From Intoshia linei (taxonomy: Eukaryota > Animalia > Orthonectida), in contig LWCA01000298.1 in the NCBI GenBank assembly GCA_001642005.1, positions 1-33,533 of the forward strand: a DNA stretch of 33,533 nt. Direction: 5' to 3'. Below the pieces are notes generated by a model. It saw nothing but the letters and a program-made list of their open reading frames with translations. It was not told where the DNA came from and did no database searches. Position 1 is the first letter of the stretch. Each line of letters starts with the position of its first letter. Shown in pieces: positions 23,989 through 33,533 of the stretch. A program made the position numbers and the translations under genes.

Positions 23989-26813
23989 TTACTTACATTT
24001 TGCATAAGTAAAAGAAAGAATAAAAAAATAATATTTAGGTAAGTAAGAATAAACTTTGAGGGTATAATCTGAATTCACTACAACAAGTTGATTTTCTTTT
24101 GTTATAAAAACAGATTTTGGAAATGAAATGATAGATTCATCTACATTAGTTTTAAAATCAATTTCATTAGATTTATTAGAATAAATTTTAAAAATAAACC
24201 ACTGACAATCAGCAAATCTGATTTGAATTCTACCATTATTAGTGTCGGCAACAATTACATTTTCATATTTATCTATACAAAGACTCCTTGGTCCAGAAAA
24301 ACGTCCTGCCTTATGAATGCCAAACATTCCCAATTTCTGTAAATTATGTCCATGTCCATTAACAACATGTATACAATTATCAAAAAAACAAGAAATGTAA
24401 AATAAATCATCCTTGGAAATATCAAACGTGTCCCACTTTGAAATACACCCATAACTGACATTTGTTTTGTACGCAATTCTATAAGTAGTGTTTAAATATT
24501 GAACAATTTCTTTGGATCCAATATCTAAAACATAGAAATACTTGCTATTGTGATGATTAACAACAAAACATGGTTCATTAGATTCCAAATATCCACGATA
24601 AAAACAATCTTGAGTATAAACGTAAATTCCTTTAGCACCTAAAGCAATGTCATCATTGGCTAAGATGGCTATAATTAACATTTGTTGAGGGTGTTTGATT
24701 TGTAGACAGTGAATTTCAAATTTTTTTAAAAAATTTATTTGATCTATAGCCACTTTATTCAATTCAATTACAAATGATGTTGAGTTTGATTCATTTGAAT
24801 TGTTTAGATTAGGTTTTGAAAAAGTAACCCAATTTTTAAAACAAACTTTAAAATTGCAACATTTAATAAAATGGAGTGGGTACAAGTATTTTTTAATTTT
24901 CAATTTTAAATTTGACATTTTAACTATTAGAGGTAAATCTTTTAAATTTACAGCGTTACGACGCTGTCTGGATCGATTTTGAAGTTTTTTTTGTGAATTA
25001 AAACGTGTTTGGTGTAAAATTCCGTAAAAATTTTTTTTATTATGGTCAATTTTAGATTGATTCGAATTGAATATTTCAGAGTCCGAGTTATTTTTTTTTA
25101 ATTGTAAATTATTTGATCTACTGTATTTAAAATTTTTTTGTAGGGATACTTTCAATTTCTCAAAAATTTTGAAGTATTTTAAATCTATTGACATGAAATT
25201 TGTCAATTTACGTTTTAAAATGACATTCATGTATAAGAGTTCGTATTTTGTGCCTTCAAACAGTAACCGTTCTACCAATTCATTACAGTTTAGGTAAATG
25301 TAATGCTTTAATCTAAGTTTGTCTAGACAGCATTGGGCTCCACAAATTTCTTTGCCGATTACTTGATCTAATTCCATTGAAGTTGTTTTATACCATTTGT
25401 TTACAGAATTTATTAGCTCTAAGCGCCTTTCTAACAAGTTTTTAGAAATGTTTGTGTATTTAGTGTTCAAAATTTTTAAATAGCGTTCCCAATCATTTAT
25501 AGTATCCGTAAAATTATTGGCCATGTCACAAGATGAGTCTGATAAATCACTCAATTCGTTTTTATGGTGCTTGTAAGCCGTGTCCAACATGTCTGTGTTG
25601 TGTTTACTGTGTGGCAAACATTTTTTACATTCGGAACACAAGAGTAACCCGCAATCATGACAATATGATGACACTGGTTTTAAAGAGTGCTGCTGGCACC
25701 GGTTTAAACGTTGTTCACTATTAGTCAATAAGAATTCATCGTATTCTTTATTCATATTGAGTTGATCAATATTCGAATTTGATTGCGTTCTAGACATGTC
25801 TAATATTGGATTGTCCATTATTTCTAGATTTTTATTTGAAACGCCCCCATTTTTATCCATACTTTTATAAAAAAACCTAGTGTTAACAATAACATGGCAT
25901 TGATTAACAATCAACCTAGCATGAGCTTTGTGACATTTGACACACATGTAATTTTGCAATTATTACAATAAAATTTAGCATATACCTTTTTAAAAATCTT
26001 AAAATTGCAATTTTCGCATAGAAAAATCTCCTTACAGGTAGACTTTTTGCATAGTTTTTTGTTAATTTTAATTGTATCATTATGTGCCATTAAATTTAAA
26101 TAACTTGAAACATTCATAGATAATCGATCCACAGTACTACGTTTCAATAGCGGAAACTGCTGAAAAATAGAATTTGGAGTTGATTTATCCATCACATGTA
26201 ACAATCTATCAAGGATTGGATTTGTAGGTAAAAGTGAAATATCCATTGTAGCAAGCTGAGTCAAAGAAAAACATATCGGACAAGTTATACAAATTAAAGT
26301 AGCTTTCTTTTTATCAACAAATTTTACCAATGTATTACTTTCGTTAATTTTATTATATTGTCTCATTTTTGAAATTACAGAAGAATAAATTGTAAAATCT
26401 GCTACCATTGACCCATTCATAATTTTTATTTTCAAAGATAATGGTCCATCAAATTGTTTAGTCGAAAATGTTTTTATGAACGCATCAAATTTAGCCACAT
26501 CAAAACCGGGTACAAATGAGTAATTTCGTAAAGCAAAATTGTCTGAAAAAATGTTTTCCTTTACTTGCTTTTCGTTATTTATTGTTATTAATTGAATTAT
26601 TTCTTGAATATTTTCATTTTGAGGTATAATTATATCTTTTTGAGGTAAAGTTTCCAATATTTATTTATCATTGAATGAAACTGTTGATATTACGTTTGTT
26701 AGTTGTTTAATATTTTCTTTTAGGCATTTCTCGCAAAATGAATGCAAAAAACTTAACATTTTTGGGTTTTTTAGATATTTTTTACATATGTAGCAATTAT
26801 TCAACATTTTCAT
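23989..26813 (-). pseudogene. TRIM-NHL protein gene (RING, 2 B-boxes, coiled coil, NHL repeats; lin-41/TRIM71/TRIM2-3-like), disrupted as assembled
   Basis: ATG at 26813. RING start CYIC...MLSFLHSFCEKC, in-frame TAA at 26663-26661, last RING pair CPIC at ~26282 followed by LPTNPIL. B-box1 CENC...CNNCK|NYMCVKCHKAH is split by a 1-nt frameshift at the T4 run 25952-25955. B-box2 CQQH...YCHDC.LLLCSEC...H..H. NHL repeat FSGPRSLCIDKYENVIVADTNNGRIQI. The family call is strong; pseudogene versus assembly error is unresolved. Confidence 0.65.
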
Positions 26814-27064
26814 TGATATTACACTAGATGTAGTTGTTATCTTGTAGTTGCTTTATTTTGTTAGATTTCTTGAAAGTTTTTATTCTCTTTTAGAGTTTCG
26901 TGAGTTGTATTAATCATTTGTCTCAATTTTTGGTTGGGAAGAATAATTTTTAATATACTATAATTATTATTATTTTTTTAAAATTTGACTATTTTTATTT
27001 TATTTTTAATATTATACACACATTCTGTCTAATAAATAAAAAAAATGAGATAATAGTGATTTTT

Positions 27065-27266
27065 AAAAGTCTTTACACAAATGTTAAGAAAAAAAAATTA
27101 AGATGGAATAATTTACTTTAAATTAAAAAGTAATGTGATATGAAGGTTCCACGTGAAACAAGTTTGAGAGCCACTCTTTTAAAGGATTGATAATAGTGAA
27201 TAGTAGCATTTTTAAGTTAGATTTTCTTATTGAATTTATTTTTTTGGTAGAATAAAAATGTGCCCT
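27065..27266 (+). repeat. Dispersed direct repeat, copy B
   Basis: Aligns with 23302-23508 (see copy A). Confidence 0.85.
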
Positions 27267-28523
27267 CGCCAGAGCTAGATGGTTTTGGTACGTAGTACAT
27301 AACAATCAACTAGTTATTCATAAAATCTATATTCCAAAATAAACCAAAAATGTTTAATTACATGATAATGATAATTGAGTATTCCTAAAAATGTTCATTT
27401 TTTACTCTTCGAATAAACTTATTGTACATGTCGTTTTGAGCACTTTTAATATCGACTTGATCGTAATTTACAGCATTAGAAGAACTTAAAGATACGGATC
27501 TAGCAATAATTGGTATTTGATTTTTTAATTCTAATAATTAAAATTAAAATGTTAAATTAAATTTAATATACCCATAACATAAATTATAAATAAAAAATAA
27601 ATTTGAACAATGTACTACGTGTATTGTAATATCTGATTTATGTAAATTGAAAGATTACAAGGACTAACAAACTATAATTATAATGAAACATTTTAATTTT
27701 ATTAAAAATTAACTTTTCAGTTACCTTTTTTTCGAGAAAATGCAATTTTACCAATCTAAATAATTAGCGATGAATCTATTTCACTAATAGTTTGTACCGA
27801 TTGGAACGAGCTGACACCAACCGTTCAACTGTTATTTCCCATTTTCTAATTGAAGTCTACATTTTTGAATTCTCAAGAAATTGTAATATCTATTGTAGTA
27901 CTATTGTAGTTCAACTATTGATAATGAATATAAAAAATACTTTTTAGTTTTGATGATCCACATGCAGATTTTACTATTTTTTTGTCAAAATTATTCAATA
28001 CATTCTAAATTATAATTTAAAATATTATCATAAGGTCTAAAACATGCGTTAGTAACCTTTTTGTTAATACATTGATATAAAAAATTACTATACATTGTAG
28101 AACTATTTTCATTTTTTAAAAAAAGAGTAATTTGAGGTTTTGATTGTTGAACAGTGTTTGAATTAATAAAAATAAATTGAAAAATATTTTTAAAAAATTT
28201 CATTTTATAAAATATTTCCGAAAAATCGCACCTAGCGAAGCGGTTCAACACCCTTAATAACCACTTGTCTAAACTACAAAAAATTTAATTTTAATGATTA
28301 TAATCAGAGAAGAAGGTACTATACATATTAACATGTTTACAATGTTATATGTTAATATATCATGTTCAAGAATATAATTTTTTTAAATTATCAATTTGAA
28401 AAAATCAAGCCTCATTTTTAATTTGGTTCGACACAGCCAACATATGTGTATTTGAGCTGATATTTTACATTTTCTGCGCAGATAATTATGATTATTATTT
28501 ATCCGATTATAATCATTTATTAT

Positions 28524-31500
28524 TCAAACCTTTATTTTAGTTGGACACTTGTCTTGAGTTTGATCATTGAATTGTTTTATGTTTAAAAATTCATTATGCG
28601 TATCTAATGATAAACTATTAGTTTTTGAATCATCCAAATGTATTTTTAGATCCTGTTTTAAATCCAAACTGATGAAATTTTGTAAATTTGAATTGCTGTG
28701 ACTAGGAACAATTTGAGAAGATACATAATGCAATGAATTATTTGACACGTCAGATATATTATCTGAATTTAAAGAATTTTTTTCAGTTAAATCTGAAGTT
28801 TGCATCATTGTGGCCTCCAATTCTGAAAAATCAGTACTATCACCCTTTTCATAATTTGACATGTCTTCATTTTTCATGTATATTGATTTTAAAAGTGTGT
28901 ATCCAAACATTTTTGTTTCTGAACAGGTTGTAGCCAAGTCATTGTCGGCGTTTATTACATTTTCTAAAACTGTTGCGTCTTCCTAAATAAAATGAATGGT
29001 AAAAGATAAAATCTGAAGCATAATAGGTGTCGTCAACTTTAAATTTTTAATTTAAATTTACATTTTAACAGTTGAATAGGTCATTTTTTAAATTAAACCA
29101 TATTTAAAAAATTGGGACAGACAAATATTTTAAAAATAAAATTTAGATACAGTACAGTAAACTTTATATAAGAACACTCTTTATAAGAAAATGATATTAG
29201 TTTATAGATGTAAATCAGGGGTCGGCAACCATTCGCCCACATAATAATTTTGGTGGCCCTTTGAATAAATATATAAATTATTTATTTTTACATTTTTCAA
29301 CTTTTAATCACCGTTTTAAACATTTTCTACTAAAATTGGCTTATTATAATCAGTTTAATACAGAATTTTCAAATCGCCCTGGATTTTATTATGTTGAATA
29401 TACTAGAACCATTTCTCTTTAATTAAAATTGAAATGTATCAAGTGTACATTTTGAAAAACGGGGCCAGTGAAATTTTTTGATATAAAAAAATGGCTCACG
29501 AAATTCAAAAGGTTACCGACCCCTGATGTAAATAGACATGTTAAATTTTCTTATTTTATCGAATATGTATAATCTTACTTACTCTCACCGGTTAAGGAAA
29601 TGTAGACAGTTATGTATTTATGCTATTAAATATTATATGGATAGAAAACACTAATACATGTATAGTAATTTAATTAAATTTTTACTTTTTCATTATCATC
29701 ATTTTCATCATAATCATCATCACTATTTTTAATTGACTTGTAGTCAAAATCATCTTCATTTGTAATAGAATCTTCTTCTAAATTTTATTATAATCATTTT
29801 TTCAAATTTAACAGGTTTATTACTTTGTATCAGCTGTATTATATAATTCAACTGTTTTTGGTGTTGTGGATTAGATTTATCTATTAATGAGTATATTTTT
29901 TCTTTCAAATTCTAAAAAAATATAATTATAATTAATACGTATCGTAAAAAGAGAAATTGAACATTATAAAAATTTTTATATGATAGGAAAAATGTATAAT
30001 TCTTAATTAACCACAGATCCATGTTCAGTGGACATTGTCAATCCTATTACAAATATATCACCAACTTTTAGAAGAAATATTTGATTTGAGGATATTTATT
30101 CAAAAATATTAAGAAAAAGAATATATTTAACCCCTTGAGACTAATTCTTTGATGAATTTATGTAATAATCTAAATCAGGGGTTTCCAAAGTGGGCGATTA
30201 ATTCAGTTAGGGGAGCGATTATAAAAACCTAAATAGAAATATTTTTTAATATATTTCAGCATAGTAAAATTGATGCGGTACCAAATTTAAAATATAGTTC
30301 CATGTCAATGATCATTGATTGTTTTATTATAATATTTTAATTATTAATTACACACATTTACAACACATGTTTTATTGAAACATTATAAAATTTTATTATA
30401 AAACATTGTATACCCAAAAAACGATTTTAGATGGATAAAGTGGAGCGTTGATGAATTTTTTGGTTGTAAGGGGATATTTTTATTGAAAGTTTGGGATCCA
30501 CTGATATAAAAAGTGATAGTAATAAATATATATACGAAGTAGTCGAAAAATTTTTTAAGGGGGGTTGAGAAAATATATTGCTAAAAAGGGGGCTGTAGGA
30601 AAAATGAGTTTGGGAACCCCTGATCTAAATAATAATAAATTACAATTTCTCTGGAAGCTGTTTTGAATGTGCTTCGCGTTAATAAACCATATATGGAAGC
30701 ATGAATATATTTAGAAATCTAAAATAAATTAAAGATAGTTTATAATTATGTTTCAATTAAATCTAAACATGTATTCTAAAATAAAAATTAAACAATCCTA
30801 AAAATGAATGCACCAATTCAATATGAAAACAATATTAAATTACCGCATTTTTCCCCAATAGTTCTTTTAATATTTTCATTATTTTTAAAGCATGATTTGA
30901 AAATTTCTGTCTACCTGTCAAAATATTAGGAAATATGAAAAGTTATTAACATGCAATTAAGCACTGCAAAATTATTATTATTATTAATACCATAAAACTG
31001 TAAAGAGATATTCATTAATAGTGACGATGCATAATCAAGAGTGTATGAAGTCAAAAATCTATTATCCAAATATTGAGTAAATATTTTAATCATTTCTTCA
31101 GCTAGACCTGAATCCAGCATAATTTTATATGTCTCGTATCTAAAAAATTAGTAATACAGTTGCGTTAACATAAATAAATGTATACATAAGGTTTAAAACT
31201 GTGTTAGTCAATTAGCTTTCTTTTTAGCTTAAAAAATATACCTATGAGAGTACTAAAAATTAAATTTTTTTTTAGTTTAAACAACCCTAAATTATTAATT
31301 CATCAAAATTAACATGGCTTTATTTTCCAAATTTCAATAAAAGTGTAATATTAACATATTGTATATTTTGACAAATAATTATTTAATCTACAATTATATT
31401 TTTTGACAAAAAATAAAATCTTCCAGACTTTACCTCTTAAATTTTTTAATGGTCAAATTATCCCGGGTTTAGAAACCTTTGAATAACGAATACCTAAGAC

Positions 31501-32476
31501 TCAGTTTTTGTAGACATCCAAGTACATTATCTGTACTTACTGGTTTAAATTTTTCTATTGATACACATTCCACTAACGAAGAAACTAGAAATGGACATTT
31601 TGACAAATAGCTTCGACCTAAAATATAGATATGATACATTAATTTATTTGTATACATTTTGTACTTACAGTAATAAAAAAATTATATGTTAATTTTATAC
31701 ATTAGCTTTCATCTTATTTCCTCACATTTTTCAATTATAAATTAAAAAATTACCAATATAATATGATGCCAATAGATTCAGAAAAGAAAGATACTGATCA
31801 AGTAGAATTGGATCTATTAATTTAATATTTTTATAAAAAGCATATTGATTATTTTTTAATAGTAATCCAAGTATATCGTTTTTCACATAAATGTTGATGA
31901 CTTTTTTTCTATTTTCAATTTCTCTATGAGTCAATTGCTAAAATCATCAATGATACTATAAGAACCAGTGATTCTCAATATTTTTCAAAAATATCGGAAA
32001 GTTCAATTTAAAAAAATTGTCCTTTATCTCAATGTGTTTTTATCTCTTATTAATTAATTTAATAATAAATTTAATAGTACTATTTTGTATATTCTTTAAA
32101 TTATTACTTTTTTAAATTTCCCGGGAAATTACCATCAGTACCCCTATTTACATATCTATAATGCAAGATTTTGTTTAAATTACCCACTAAATCCAAATTC
32201 AAATTAATTTTATAAAAATTTAAAAAAGTATATTCATGTTCACTCATTAAAGTTTACTGAGTGGTCACTGGTTTTTCATTTTTTAACATTTTATAAATGA
32301 ATTTTCAATTAAATGAAATACAGTAATATTTTAAAATTAATAAAAATAATACCCATCTCAACGCTTGAAGTAGCAATGCAGTTGAAATGTTTTCTTTAGT
32401 GTTATTTATTTTGTAGATACATAAAGTGTATTTTATTTTGTTGTAATTTAAATATTCCACTTCTACTAGTTCTGAA
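28524..32476 (-). CDS. ARMC9: LisH domain-containing armadillo protein ARMC9 (ciliary); partial, 5' exons not resolved, 3' end may extend to ~27385
   Basis: Exons ~32476-32353, 31937-31754, 31617-31494, 31139-30991, 30914-30844, 30718-30644, 29911-29824, 29777-29686 and 28982-~28524 join in frame. Motifs LLLQALRW, YVKNDIL, GRSYL, DNVLGCLQKLSLR, YTLDYASSLLMNISL, KQLNYII and an acidic tract are colinear with human ARMC9 (LLQALRW, ENVLGALQKFSLR, YTLEYSVALLMNLCL). Confidence 0.92.
29216..29525. mobile_element. hAT (Charlie/Buster-type) MITE, 310 bp, in an ARMC9 intron
   Basis: TIRs CAGGGGTCGGCAACC / CAGGGGTCGGTAACC (14/15). Perfect 8-bp TSD atgtaaat at 29208-29215 and 29526-29533. Confidence 0.95.
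30176..30622. mobile_element. hAT (Charlie/Buster-type) MITE, 447 bp, in an ARMC9 intron
   Basis: TIRs CAGGGGTTTCCAAAGT / CAGGGGTTCCCAAACT (14/16). Perfect 8-bp TSD atctaaat at 30168-30175 and 30623-30630. Confidence 0.95.
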
Positions 32477-32824
32477 CTAAAAAATAGTTGTTTTTACCAG
32501 TATGAATCAATTATTAACAAAATAGATGATTCTTTCTATAAAATCTTTTGATAACCTCTTATAACCCCAAAAATATAAATTTATTTTAAAAATTATTTAT
32601 ATTAAATTAATAACGTCGATTATTATTTGGTTTGACGTCCCTTTCCAATACATATTGTGTATTACACAATGTTCTTGATTCGTGTTACTACATGTATGGT
32701 TTGAAAAGTTGATGGTCTGAAAATTTTTATAATGCGGCCCGCCACGTATTTAAGTTTTACATAGTTGATATAGACTATTTTATATATCACATACGTATGG
32801 ATACAATACGACATACATATAAGT

Positions 32825-33533
32825 TAGGGTGTCAACTTCTTTTGTTTTTTTCCGTTTTTGATAAACGTGTAAATTTAAATTGAATTAAAATTTTTTTTTA
32901 GGCATATAACCGTAAAAAAATTATAAAAATAATCTTAAACGAATTCGCGGAGCACGTTTTAATATTTATAATAAAAAAAAATTGTATTTCACACTAATTT
33001 ATGTTTTAATAATTTTAAAATTCAGTATGTTCATTTGTTCACAATTGAGTTCAAGTATATCGTAATAAATTAGATAATATTTTTTCGGTCACAAAAGATG
33101 ATCAATCTAAGACACACTTTGAGGATATTAAATTTCTTAATTTTCAAAATCATGGAATTTGTTCAATGCCATCCACTACTATAAATCATCCATACTTTGA
33201 ATCAATTAGAAAATCAATTGATATCGAAAAAAAACAAAAACAAATCGAATGAGAAATTGGAAATTATAAAAACATTACACTCATATACATTCTAACAAAG
33301 ATTCAATTTATTCTACAAGTGATGATATGGCTTATTTTGATTTGTCTAACCTAAAACAAAAATCTTCATGGCGGTCATATGATAAAAAAATGTTTCACTC
33401 CGTGGAGATGCAGATTTGCTTTGTATATATCACGAAAGAATCAGGAAAAAAGAAATTTCCAAAGAAATGAAGATTATACAATATTTAAAACAATGGTAAA
33501 TGATGTTTCAAATGTTGTGGTTTATTTTGATTC
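32825..33533 (+). mobile_element. Possible decayed hAT (Ac-type) element
   Basis: Begins TAGGGTGTCAAC (Ac-like end). A downstream fragment FCSMPSTTINHPYFESI loosely resembles the hAT PFxxVExxxF motif. Many stops. Confidence 0.25.

Noticed and set aside
24273-25724. Short ORFs overlapping the TRIM-NHL gene (24273..24476, 24800..24982, 25067..25297, 25533..25724)
   Set aside because: Shadow ORFs of the long coding frame.
26661-26663. In-frame TAA as evidence of a reassigned genetic code
   Set aside because: KAP3, the AUTS2-like gene, PTCD1 and the calmodulin-like gene all end in TAA, and their exons contain no internal stops.
3804-32476. KIFAP3, ARMC9 and the calmodulin-like gene as a functional ciliary cluster
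   Set aside because: They are separated by unrelated genes and on different strands. Ciliary genes are numerous, so co-occurrence within 30 kb of a compact genome is unremarkable without synteny data.

Overview
Very AT-rich eukaryotic (animal) genomic DNA from a compact genome with many very short (~31-55 nt) GT-AG introns, so the prokaryote-style ORF track fragments most genes. Manual splicing supports eight protein genes: VPS18 (-, runs off the left end), KIFAP3/KAP3 (+, 18 exons), an AUTS2/FBRSL1/Tay-bridge family gene (-), a signal-peptide-less CG11883-type 5'-nucleotidase (-), PTCD1 (+), a divergent calmodulin-like protein (+), a disrupted TRIM-NHL gene (-) and ARMC9 (-, 5' part not resolved). 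Intergenic and long intronic DNA is full of decayed transposons: hAT MITEs (two with perfect 8-bp TSDs), a Tc1/mariner-like foldback, pogo/Tigger, Ty3/gypsy and possible Harbinger remnants, and a ~1.8-kb CAC...GTG element whose inverted ends are built from 21-bp subrepeats. The profile would fit a genome-reduced ciliated invertebrate parasite such as an orthonectid (inference only). I found no clearly new multi-gene system. The best leads are the TRIM-NHL locus (split RING, stop, frameshift, flanking direct repeats), the ~35-nt introns with weak splice signals, and the 21-bp-subrepeat element. Exon boundaries were read by eye and may be off by a few bases.
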